Assembly: GCA_023255335.1 (NCBI GenBank)
Contig: JALRIS010000093.1
Span: 1 to 44,886, forward strand
Direction: 5' to 3'
DNA length: 44,886 nucleotides
From: Flavobacteriales bacterium
GTDB taxonomy: Bacteria; Bacteroidota; Bacteroidia; Flavobacteriales_D; CAJJDF01
A program made the translations under genes and the position numbers. A model generated the notes under the pieces. The model made no database searches. It saw only the letters and a program-made list of their open reading frames with translations, and had not been told where the DNA came from. Each line of letters opens with the position of its first letter. Position 1 is the first letter of the stretch. Shown piece by piece: positions 1-8,893 of this stretch.

Positions 1-3000
1 ACGGAATCGTTTAATTCAACAACAACATTTCCCTCGAGTTGGTCGCTTTACGCTACTGCAGGTAGTAACTGGCAAGTAGTGGGTACTTTAGGTTACGGAG
101 GTGCAGGGATTACCGATCATACAGGAACTGCTGGAAGTTCAAGAGCATGGGTAGATTTGTCTGGTTCAAATGATTCAATCACAATGACATCGGATACAAT
201 CGATGTATCTGCCTTGACGAATCCGGAGTTAAATTTTTGGCATAACAATGATTTAACTGGTTATTCTCTTTCTCCACTAAATTTACTTTTAGTAGAGGTA
301 GTTGATACAGCAGGAGATTGGGTTATTTTGGATTCAATCAGACAATCTAATCTAGGTGTTTGGTCTGAGCATTTTTACATTTTAACTCCTTATGTGAAGT
401 CGAACTATGTAATTGTACGATTCAGAGTGGAATCAGGCGGTAGTACTAGTGACTACTACCAAGATTTGGCGATAGATGATATCAGTGTAAGAGAGTTTAC
501 TCCGTGTAGAATGCCAATGAGTTTGGCTTCAGATTCTGTAACAACAAGTGCGGCTAAACTGTTGTGGGCAGCTAGTTCTACTGATACAGCTTGGAGAGTG
601 GAGTGGGGTCCAGCAGGATTTGCATTAGGAACTGGAACTCTTGTTTCTCGTTCGACTACCGTAGAGTATTTGACAGGATTGATGCATTCAACTGATTACT
701 CATTTTATGTTCAAGGATTTTGTTCAGGAGGTGATACCTCAATGTGGGCAGGTCCGCATTCATTCAAGACATTATGTTTGGCAGATACCATTCCTTACTT
801 AATGGATTTCAACTCATGGCCACCAGCTTGTTGGGATATGAGTGGAGGAGTGAACCCATGGTTATCCTACACCGGTACTTCTGGATATGCGGAAGCAGAT
901 TTTTGGAGTAAATCTACAGGAGATTACCTGATGACCTCCATTCCTGTTTACACGGATAAGCACACGAGAGTTAAGTTTAAGTGGTCCCACCAATTTAATA
1001 CATCCTACCCTTATGACTCATTGAGGGTAATGGTAAAACTTGATACGGATTCGGTTTGGGAAACAATTTGGAGTTCAAACAATTTAGCTAGTTTTGAATC
1101 AAATGATGGTGCTGGATCAACAACACCTGGTACGTTTGTGTCAGAGTCCATCATCTTAGATTCTACAAAATACAAAAATGCGAATGTGATGGTGCGATTC
1201 CAGGCATTTACGGATTTCGGTCCAGATTTGTTTATTGATGATGTTGTCATTGAAGAAATCCCTACATGTCCTGAGCCATCTCTTCTAGGTCACTATGCTT
1301 TATTCTATGATTCAGTAGCTTTGAAATGGACAAATGGATTAGCTGATAGTATTTGGGAAATTCAATACGGACCTTCAGGTTTTACTTTAGGAACTGGAAC
1401 CACGATTATAGATAATAATGATTCTATTGCATTTGGAGGATTAACTCCTTCAACCACTTACCAAGTGTATTTGAGAAGTATTTGTAAAGTTGGTGATTCT
1501 AGTACATGGATTGGACCTTATAACTTTACGACTCCCTGTTCTTTCTACACACCTCCTTACTCAGAGGATTTCACAACTTATTCTTTCTCTACGAATCCAT
1601 TATGTTGGGAAGAAGCCCAAGGACAGCTTACGGTGAACTCTTCTCTTACTATGGGGACTTCATCTTGGGGAAATAGACAATTTGCTAATAATGGTTTAGG
1701 TGATAATGCCGCAGTGATGAACATCTATGCTACAAATAGATTTGAGTGGTTAATTTCTCCCTCAATTGACTTAGGTACGGGAGCTACTCCTTACCAAGTA
1801 GAATTTGATGTGGCAATAACAGATTACTTTACTGCTGCGGCACCAACTGGCGCTGGAGGATTAATGGGACCAGATGACAAGCTCGTGTTGGTAATTTCTA
1901 CCGACAACGGTGTTACTTGGTCAGATACCAATATATTAGAACAATGGGACACAAGTAACATGCCTTCGTTCACTGGGGATTATTTTTACTACAATTTAAC
2001 AGCTAACGGATATACAGGATTAGTGAAATTCGGTTTGTATGCAGAGTCCACGTTATTCAACGAAGACAATGATGCGTTTATCGATAACTTTGCGGTGGTT
2101 CAGGTACCTACTTGTCCAAGACCGTTAGGGTTGACTTTTGATAGCGCAACACAAACCACTGCCAACATAAGTTGGACAAATGGAGCTGCAGATAGCTCAT
2201 GGATTTTAGAATATGGAGCTCCAGGATTTACTCAAGGTACAGGTACATTGGTAAATTCAGGAACTAACCCAGCCCAAATAACTGGTTTGTCTGCAAGCAC
2301 TTGTTACGATGTATATATGAGGAGTATTTGTACTGCCGGAGATTCAAGTTTATGGATTGGTCCATTAAGATTCTGTACAGACTGTGCTCCAGTAATAGAT
2401 TTATGCGAAGATTTTGAGGCTTATACTTCAGGATTACCAATCTGTTGGGAAAGTTTTATTTCAACTACAGGATCCTCCTCTATTCAGGTTAGTACTTTTG
2501 GAGGAAACGTTGCACCTGCTTCTATTCAGATGAATTCAGGAAGTGATGCATCCTCTACTTTGATGTTGATTTCTCCTGAGATGACAGCATTAACCGCAGG
2601 AACTCACAGAGCAACTTTCTGGTTAGATGGTTCATTTACACCGGATACAGTTTTGGTGATTGGAACTATTTCTGATCCTTCCAACCCTGCAACTTTTAGT
2701 GCTTGGGATACGATAAAAGATATTTCAAGTGCTTATCAGCAGTATAGAATTCCTTTTGATACCTACGCAGGAACTGATACAAGAATTGCCTTCTTGTATA
2801 ACCCAACTGCTACGTTCAGAACTATAAACATAGATGATTTTTGTTTTGAGGAAATTCCATCTTGTGAGAAAGCTCCTTCTGTTCAAATATTGAATTCTGG
2901 AATAGACTCTACTTCGCTTAATGTAGGGTGGAATATCGATACGACTCAAGTAAGTTTTATAGTTGCATACGGTCCGACAGGTTATGACCCTATAACTAAC

Positions 3001-3990
3001 CCTACTGGAGGAGATACAACAACTTCAACTTCTAACTTTAAGTCAATCACTGGGTTGACACCATTGACTGAATATTGTGTATGGGTAAAAGCAATTTGTA
3101 CAAATGGAGACACGAGTTTCTGGAGTGGACCTTTCTGTGGTGAAACAGGTTGTCCGTCATCCACGGGTGTTCCTTATTTTCAAAATTTTGATAACTATAC
3201 TTTTTCAGAAACACCAATTTGCTGGCAGGAAGCCCAAGGTGCACTAGGCGGGGGAGTAACAGGAGCTGCGATTGCTTATGGAACTTCTAACTGGGGGCCT
3301 GATGGTTTTGCAAATATTGGAACAACTGGTGCTGCAAAAATGAATATTTATTCCACCAATAGGTTTGAGTGGATTGTATCTCCTTCTATTAATTTAGGGA
3401 CGGACCCAAATCAAACTTTTATTATAGAATTTGATATTGCGATGACGGATTATGCCAATACATCAGCAGGCGTTGTAGGTTATGATGATTCATTGGCATT
3501 TGTTGTGTCTTACGATGATGGCTTAACTTGGAGTAAATCTAATATAATTGAGTCTTGGGATACAAGTAATGTTCCCTCAAATACAGGCGATCATTTCTAT
3601 CATATTTTGAGAAATAAAACAGGTGTCGTAAAATTTGGATTTTATGCAACGACTACAGTTAGTAATGAAGATAATGACTGGTTTATCGACAATTTTAGTA
3701 TTAGAGATACCGTTTTTGTTGGATTAGAAGAGAATTTTGAATCATCAAACTTCAAAGTATTCCCTAACCCTAACACTGGAATTTTCACAGTATTGAACGA
3801 TGGAGGGGCTAATCAAACAAGTTTGAAAGTAGTGGATATACAAGGTCGAATAGTCTATGACGAAACATATTTCTTTAATACCAATGGTAGAAAAGTAATA
3901 GATGTTCATTCATTGAAAGCTGGAGTCTATGTATTATTAATTCAAAGCGAAGGGAAACTGGAACAACATAGAATTATAATAAACAAATAA
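1..3990 (+). CDS. Large T9SS-secreted surface protein (5'-truncated): alternating beta-sandwich (MAM/adhesin-like) domains and four fibronectin type III domains, with a type A C-terminal sorting domain
   Basis: Frame 1 is open from base 1 (TESFNSTTTFPSSW...), so the true start lies upstream of the window and the GTG at 79 is not the start. Four FN3-like repeats (C-x-x-(x)-P...W...(W/Y)GPxG(F/Y)...Y..(Y/W)..C..GD(S/T)S.W.GP). The C-terminus FKVFPNPNTG...VVDIQGR...LKAGVYVLLI...RIIINK is a typical type A CTD. Confidence 0.85.
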   Translation, partial: TESFNSTTTFPSSWSLYATAGSNWQVVGTLGYGGAGITDHTGTAGSSRAWVDLSGSNDSITMTSDTIDVSALTNPELNFWHNNDLTGYSLSPLNLLLVEVVDTAGDWVILDSIRQSNLGVWSEHFYILTPYVKSNYVIVRFRVESGGSTSDYYQDLAIDDISVREFTPCRMPMSLASDSVTTSAAKLLWAASSTDTAWRVEWGPAGFALGTGTLVSRSTTVEYLTGLMHSTDYSFYVQGFCSGGDTSMWAGPHSFKTLCLADTIPYLMDFNSWPPACWDMSGGVNPWLSYTGTSGYAEADFWSKSTGDYLMTSIPVYTDKHTRVKFKWSHQFNTSYPYDSLRVMVKLDTDSVWETIWSSNNLASFESNDGAGSTTPGTFVSESIILDSTKYKNANVMVRFQAFTDFGPDLFIDDVVIEEIPTCPEPSLLGHYALFYDSVALKWTNGLADSIWEIQYGPSGFTLGTGTTIIDNNDSIAFGGLTPSTTYQVYLRSICKVGDSSTWIGPYNFTTPCSFYTPPYSEDFTTYSFSTNPLCWEEAQGQLTVNSSLTMGTSSWGNRQFANNGLGDNAAVMNIYATNRFEWLISPSIDLGTGATPYQVEFDVAITDYFTAAAPTGAGGLMGPDDKLVLVISTDNGVTWSDTNILEQWDTSNMPSFTGDYFYYNLTANGYTGLVKFGLYAESTLFNEDNDAFIDNFAVVQVPTCPRPLGLTFDSATQTTANISWTNGAADSSWILEYGAPGFTQGTGTLVNSGTNPAQITGLSASTCYDVYMRSICTAGDSSLWIGPLRFCTDCAPVIDLCEDFEAYTSGLPICWESFISTTGSSSIQVSTFGGNVAPASIQMNSGSDASSTLMLISPEMTALTAGTHRATFWLDGSFTPDTVLVIGTISDPSNPATFSAWDTIKDISSAYQQYRIPFDTYAGTDTRIAFLYNPTATFRTINIDDFCFEEIPSCEKAPSVQILNSGIDSTSLNVGWNIDTTQVSFIVAYGPTGYDPITNPTGGDTTTSTSNFKSITGLTPLTEYCVWVKAICTNGDTSFWSGPFCGETGCPSSTGVPYFQNFDNYTFSETPICWQEAQGALGGGVTGAAIAYGTSNWGPDGFANIGTTGAAKMNIYSTNRFEWIVSPSINLGTDPNQTFIIEFDIAMTDYANTSAGVVGYDDSLAFVVSYDDGLTWSKSNIIESWDTSNVPSNTGDHFYHILRNKTGVVKFGFYATTTVSNEDNDWFIDNFSIRDTVFVGLEENFESSNFKVFPNPNTGIFTVLNDGGANQTSLKVVDIQGRIVYDETYFFNTNGRKVIDVHSLKAGVYVLLIQSEGKLEQHRIIINK

Positions 3991-4009
3991 GCGAGAAGAA
4001 TAACTCAAC

Positions 4010-4049
4010 AAAAAAGCCTGACTTGAAATTTCAAGTCAGGCTTTTTTTT
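4010..4049. terminator. Bidirectional intrinsic terminator
   Basis: Perfect 38-bp palindrome aaaaaagcctgacttgaaa|tttcaagtcaggctttttt with A and T tracts, between convergent genes. Confidence 0.9.
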
Positions 4050-4066
4050 AGAAAAAAATTAAAAAG

Positions 4067-5614
4067 TTATTTTGGATTCAGTTTTAAAATTGGAATGATT
4101 ACTTCTTCCATAGAAATACCCCCATGCTGAAAAGTATCCTTGTAAAAGTTTACGTAATAATTGAAATTATTGGGGTAAGCCAAAAAAGTATCTTCCTTTG
4201 CGAAAATATATCGTGTGTTTTGATTTATTTTAGGTAAGAAGGCATCGTCCGGGTTTACAATTTCAAAGACTTCCTTCGTGTTGTAACTCATATTTTTTCC
4301 CAATTTATAACGCAAGTTTGTGTTCACGTTTTTATCTCCAATGACTTTTATGGGATTGGCAACTTGAATCATTCCATGATCAGTCGTAATGATCAGTTGT
4401 AAGTTATTATCATGTATTTTTTGAACTATTTCCTGAAGAGGAGAGTGTTTGTACCATGACTCCGTGATGGAGCGATAAGCAGAGTTGTCGTCCGCAAGTT
4501 CTTTGATAACCTCCATATCTGTTCGAGCGTGCGAAAGCATGTCAACAAAATTGTATACCAGTACGTTGAAGTCATTTTTTAGCAGGTCAGAGAAATTGTC
4601 TACTAATTTTTTTCCTTTCTGATTGTTTGTAATCTTGGTGTAGGACGTTTTCAGTCCTAATCCCATTCTTTTCATTTGATCGATCAAAAAATCTTCTTCA
4701 AAATTGTTCTTACCACCCTCGTCTTCCTCCTCTACCCATTTTGAGGGAAATCTTTTTCGTATTTCTGAAGGCATTAGTCCAGCAAAGATCGAGTTTCGAG
4801 CGTATTGAGTAGCAGTAGGCAGAATACTAAAATAAGTTTCTTCTTCCGTCACGTCAAACAATTCGGAGAAATAAGGTTTTAGAACCTTCCATTGATCGTA
4901 TCTAAAATTATCGATGACAAGAAGAAAGGTGGGTTTTTCTTTGATAGAAGGAGCAATTTTTTTTGAAAACAAGGTGTGTGAAAGAACTGGACTGTCGTCA
5001 GAGGTTCCATTTAGCCAGTCCAAATAGTTTTTTTCGATGAACCGAGCAAAAAGCTGATTGGCCTCTTTTTTTTGACTTTCAAAAATTTCCATCATGCTCT
5101 TGTCATGCGACTTATCCATTTGCAGCTCCCAATATACCAGTTGTTCGTTTAGTTCTTTCCAATCCGAAATATCCAAATTTCCCATTAGTTTCATGCCAAT
5201 ATTTCGAAACTCTTGCTGATATCCAGAAGTAGTTTCTTCGCTTATCAATCTCGACTGATCGGTGTTTTTCTTTACGGCCAGTAAAATTTGATTCGGATTC
5301 ACTGGTTTAATCAGATAATCTGATATGTTCTTGCCAATGGCGCTTTCCATAATGGACTCTTCCTCACTTTTGGTAATCATGATAATAGGTAAGTTAGGTC
5401 TTATTCGTTTTATTTCAGTCAGAGCTTCGAGTCCTGAAATCCCTGGCATATTTTCGTCAAGAAAAACCAAGTCATAAGGGTTTTCTTTCACCATATCAAT
5501 TGCCTCGCTACCATTATTAATCGTATCCACCTTACAATTCTTTTGTTCCAAGAACATAATGTGTGGTTTTAATAAATCAATTTCATCATCTGCCCATAAA
5601 ATTCGTACTGCCAT
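4067..5614 (-). CDS. porX: T9SS response regulator PorX (receiver domain + PglZ/alkaline-phosphatase-superfamily phosphodiesterase domain)
   Basis: Receiver motifs ILWADDE, LDENMPG, MITK and KP. PglZ motifs IDNFRYDQW, LPTATQYARN, VDMLSH, TTDHG and FQHGG. Start moved to the ATG at 5614 (MAVRILWADD, 515 aa) because the extra 37 codons look non-coding. Confidence 0.92.
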   Translation of the reverse strand: MAVRILWADDEIDLLKPHIMFLEQKNCKVDTINNGSEAIDMVKENPYDLVFLDENMPGISGLEALTEIKRIRPNLPIIMITKSEEESIMESAIGKNISDYLIKPVNPNQILLAVKKNTDQSRLISEETTSGYQQEFRNIGMKLMGNLDISDWKELNEQLVYWELQMDKSHDKSMMEIFESQKKEANQLFARFIEKNYLDWLNGTSDDSPVLSHTLFSKKIAPSIKEKPTFLLVIDNFRYDQWKVLKPYFSELFDVTEEETYFSILPTATQYARNSIFAGLMPSEIRKRFPSKWVEEEDEGGKNNFEEDFLIDQMKRMGLGLKTSYTKITNNQKGKKLVDNFSDLLKNDFNVLVYNFVDMLSHARTDMEVIKELADDNSAYRSITESWYKHSPLQEIVQKIHDNNLQLIITTDHGMIQVANPIKVIGDKNVNTNLRYKLGKNMSYNTKEVFEIVNPDDAFLPKINQNTRYIFAKEDTFLAYPNNFNYYVNFYKDTFQHGGISMEEVIIPILKLNPK

Positions 5615-5787
5615 AGTGTGTAATTTAACTTTCAAGGAATGTAAACTTATTCCTTCAAGTGGTTTAATATTCTTATTTTTGTAAATATATTGCTTATTTC
5701 TACCCTTGAGGGGAACTTCAGTCAAAAATGTGAAATAGTTCTCACTGAGCTCTTCTCTAGGTTTTATACATTAGATACTACCATTCA

Positions 5788-7011
5788 ATGAAAATACTTA
5801 ACGATCCGATTTACGGTTTTATTACGATTAAATATCCAATTTTACTTCAGTTAATAGACCATCCTTATTTTCAACGATTAAACCGAATTAAGCAGTTGGG
5901 ATTGTCGTACTTAGTATATCCGGGAGCACACCACACGAGGTTTCATCATGCCATTGGTGCGATGCACCTTATGCAACAAGCCATAGAGGTGCTAAAAGTG
6001 AAGGGTGTGGAAATCTCCGAGGACGAAGAAATTGGTGTTTTGGCAGCCATTTTACTTCATGATATAGGCCATGGACCATTCTCTCACGCATTGGAACATA
6101 CACTGGTTTCGGGAGTTAACCATGAAGATCTATCTATAATTTTAATGGACAAATTGAATCAAGAGTTTGAGGGCAAGTTAGATTTGGCCATTCAGATTTT
6201 TAGAAATACGTATTCCAAGATGTTTTTGCATCAATTGGTTTCGTCTCAGTTGGACATGGATCGGTTGGATTATCTCAAGAGAGATAGTTTTTACAGTGGT
6301 GTTTCGGAGGGCGTAGTGAGCAGCGATAGGATTTTGAACATGTTGAATGTTCATGAAGACCAATTGGTGATAGAAGAAAAAGGAATTTACTCTATAGAGA
6401 AATTTATAGTGGCGAGAAGATTGATGTATTGGCAAGTATATTTGCATAAGACAGTGTTGGCGGCAGAGAATTTGCTCGTGGAGATATTGAAAAGAGCCAA
6501 TTATTTAGCAAGTCAGGGCGAAGAGCTCTATGCAAGTCCGGTTTTGAATAATTTTTTATACAACAATTATTCAAAAGCAGATTTTGAGAAAGAAGAAGTG
6601 ATAGAGCAATTTACTAGACTAGACGACTCCGACATTTACAGTGCAATAAAAGCTTGGAGTACTCATTCCGACAAAACGTTGTCGGTGATTTCACGAAATT
6701 TAATCGATCGGAAGTTGCCAAAAATTTCTATACAAAAATCTCCTTTTGAACAAGAAAGGATTCATAAACTAAGGGAAATGGTAAAAGAAACTTATGGAAT
6801 TGGCGAGGTAGAAATTGGTCACCTTGTCTTTGATTCCGAGATTGCCAATAATGCCTACAACGCAATCAAAGATAAAATTCTGATAAAGTATAAAAGTGGT
6901 GAGGTCCTTAATATTACGGAAGCTTCAGATAACTTTAATATTCAGGCACTCACCGAGCCAGTAAAAAAGTATTTTATCTGTTATCCCAAAGAATTTAGAA
7001 ATAAATGGTAA
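5788..7011 (+). CDS. HD-domain phosphohydrolase, SAMHD1/YwfO-like dNTP triphosphohydrolase family
   Basis: NDPIYG, FQRL..IKQLG, HTRFHHAIG, LLHDIGHGPFSH, LDMDRLDYL.RD, R.LMYWQVYLHK. Confidence 0.88.
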   Translation: MKILNDPIYGFITIKYPILLQLIDHPYFQRLNRIKQLGLSYLVYPGAHHTRFHHAIGAMHLMQQAIEVLKVKGVEISEDEEIGVLAAILLHDIGHGPFSHALEHTLVSGVNHEDLSIILMDKLNQEFEGKLDLAIQIFRNTYSKMFLHQLVSSQLDMDRLDYLKRDSFYSGVSEGVVSSDRILNMLNVHEDQLVIEEKGIYSIEKFIVARRLMYWQVYLHKTVLAAENLLVEILKRANYLASQGEELYASPVLNNFLYNNYSKADFEKEEVIEQFTRLDDSDIYSAIKAWSTHSDKTLSVISRNLIDRKLPKISIQKSPFEQERIHKLREMVKETYGIGEVEIGHLVFDSEIANNAYNAIKDKILIKYKSGEVLNITEASDNFNIQALTEPVKKYFICYPKEFRNKW

Positions 7012-8033
7012 CAGTCCTCCGCTATATTTTGTTTCCTGTTTCCTTGATTTATGGGGGGATAACTTTCGTGCGAAATAAATTGTATGACTGGGGAGTTCTC
7101 AAATCAAGTAGTTTTGATGTAAAGACTATTTTATTAGGGAATTTATCAGCGGGTGGAACAGGAAAAACTCCACATATTGAATACTTAATTAGGTTGCTTT
7201 CCGAAGAATATCGATTGGCAACTTTATCAAGAGGGTATGGAAGAAAGACACAGGGATTTGTTTTGGCAAATACCCACTCAACGGCCTCAGATATTGGAGA
7301 CGAGCCCTTGCAGTTTTTTCAGAAATTTGAGCAGATAAAGGTAGCTGTATCGGCAAAAAGAGTAACGGGAATTATGGAGCTCATGATTCAGGAAGATCCC
7401 GAAGTCATTTTGCTAGATGATGCTTTTCAGCATCGTCAACTCAAGGCTGGTTTATCTATTTTATTGATGGATTTTAACGCGCCATTTTATAAAGATTTTA
7501 TGCTTCCTACGGGTTATTTAAGAGAATTTGCAAGCGGAAAAAAAAGAGCAGATATCATACTCGTAACAAAATGTCCACAAGGATTATCGCAAAAGGAAAA
7601 AGACACAATTCGAATGAGAATTAATGCGGAATCTATTCCTATTTACTTTTCAACTATTGTGTACGGGAAGCCAGTTTCTCTGTTTGGATCTTCTTCTGAA
7701 CTGTTGGATCAGTCGAAACGAATCTTGGTGGTGACAGGAATTGCAAATCCTGCTCCTTTGCACAATCATTTGGCTACGTGGAAGAAAGAGATAACCTCTC
7801 TTACCTACCCAGACCATCACCCCTTTTCACCCAAAGATGTGAATAGAATAATAGGAGTATACAACCAATACCCAGACACGGTAATTTTAACTACCGAGAA
7901 AGACGCTATGCGATTAAAAGATTTGAACGAACTGGAGGAATTACCTTTTTTTTACTTACCCATCGAAGTGCAACTTGTAGAAGAGGAAGATAAATTTTCA
8001 CACCTTATACATAACTATGTTAGAAACAATTAA
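7005..8033 (+). CDS. lpxK: Tetraacyldisaccharide 4'-kinase
   Basis: GNLSAGGTGKTP P-loop, LSRGYGR, GDEP, LLDDAFQH, LRE, GIANP, YPDHH, TTEKD. Overlaps the HD gene stop. Confidence 0.95.
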   Translation: MVTVLRYILFPVSLIYGGITFVRNKLYDWGVLKSSSFDVKTILLGNLSAGGTGKTPHIEYLIRLLSEEYRLATLSRGYGRKTQGFVLANTHSTASDIGDEPLQFFQKFEQIKVAVSAKRVTGIMELMIQEDPEVILLDDAFQHRQLKAGLSILLMDFNAPFYKDFMLPTGYLREFASGKKRADIILVTKCPQGLSQKEKDTIRMRINAESIPIYFSTIVYGKPVSLFGSSSELLDQSKRILVVTGIANPAPLHNHLATWKKEITSLTYPDHHPFSPKDVNRIIGVYNQYPDTVILTTEKDAMRLKDLNELEELPFFYLPIEVQLVEEEDKFSHLIHNYVRNN

Positions 8034-8832
8034 AAAAACAGCCGACTTTTTAGTGTCCAAAGTAGGCGAAAGTTACGAAGTCGGGATTATTTTAGGAACT
8101 GGGCTAGGAGATTTAGTGAGTGAAATTGACGTAACTCACAGCCTGGCTTACGAGGATATTCCAAATTTTCCATTGTCAACGGTAGAGGGGCATTCTGGAA
8201 AATTGATTTTTGGAAATTTAGGAGGCAAACGAGTGGTTGCTCTGCAAGGACGTTTTCATTACTATGAAGGTTATTCGATGAACGAAGTCGTGTTTCCTGT
8301 TCGGGTGATGAAGTTTTTGGGGATAAAAACTCTCGTTGTTTCCAATGCCAGTGGAGGGGTAAATCCCGATTTTGAAATTGGCGATATAATGGTTTTGGAT
8401 GATCACATTAATTTGTTTGGAGATAATCCTCTAATAGGAAAAAACATGGACGAATTGGGTCCAAGGTTTCCAGATATGAGTGAGCCATATGATCGTAACT
8501 TGATTCAAAAAGTGCATCAAATTGCGAAAGAAAATTCTATCGAGATTCAACAAGGATCGTATGCTGGTCTTTCTGGTCCCACTTTAGAAACTCCTGCTGA
8601 ATACAACTATGTTAGAGCAATAGGAGCAGATACTGTGGGTATGTCCACAGTTCCTGAGGTAATTGCAGCTCGGCATATGGGAATTCCTTGTGTTGGATTT
8701 TCCATAATTACTGATTTGGGTGTGCCAGGTAAGATTATAGAAATGACACATGATATTGTTCAAGAAGTAGCAAGGAAATCTACTCCTAAAGTAACTAAAA
8801 TAGTGAAAGAGTTAATATTCCAACTCCGATAG
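8017..8832 (+). CDS. punA: Purine nucleoside phosphorylase (trimeric inosine/guanosine type)
   Basis: GIILGTGLG, STVEGH, QGRFHYYEG, SNASGG, GPTLETPAE, GMSTVPE. 17-bp overlap with lpxK. Confidence 0.92.
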   Translation: MLETIKKTADFLVSKVGESYEVGIILGTGLGDLVSEIDVTHSLAYEDIPNFPLSTVEGHSGKLIFGNLGGKRVVALQGRFHYYEGYSMNEVVFPVRVMKFLGIKTLVVSNASGGVNPDFEIGDIMVLDDHINLFGDNPLIGKNMDELGPRFPDMSEPYDRNLIQKVHQIAKENSIEIQQGSYAGLSGPTLETPAEYNYVRAIGADTVGMSTVPEVIAARHMGIPCVGFSIITDLGVPGKIIEMTHDIVQEVARKSTPKVTKIVKELIFQLR

Positions 8833-8893
8833 ACAACCAATTAAATGGTTTTTCGTATTTTTAAGACAAGTGACACTCAAAACTTACTTTTCC

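Noticed and set aside
4067-5614. PglZ domain read as part of a BREX system
   Set aside because: It is fused to a receiver domain (PorX architecture) and no brxA/B/C, pglX or brxL genes are present.
5615-5725. 37-codon N-terminal extension of PorX in the ORF track
   Set aside because: It precedes the receiver domain, starts at TTG and covers the divergent promoter region; ATG 5614 gives a normal-length protein.
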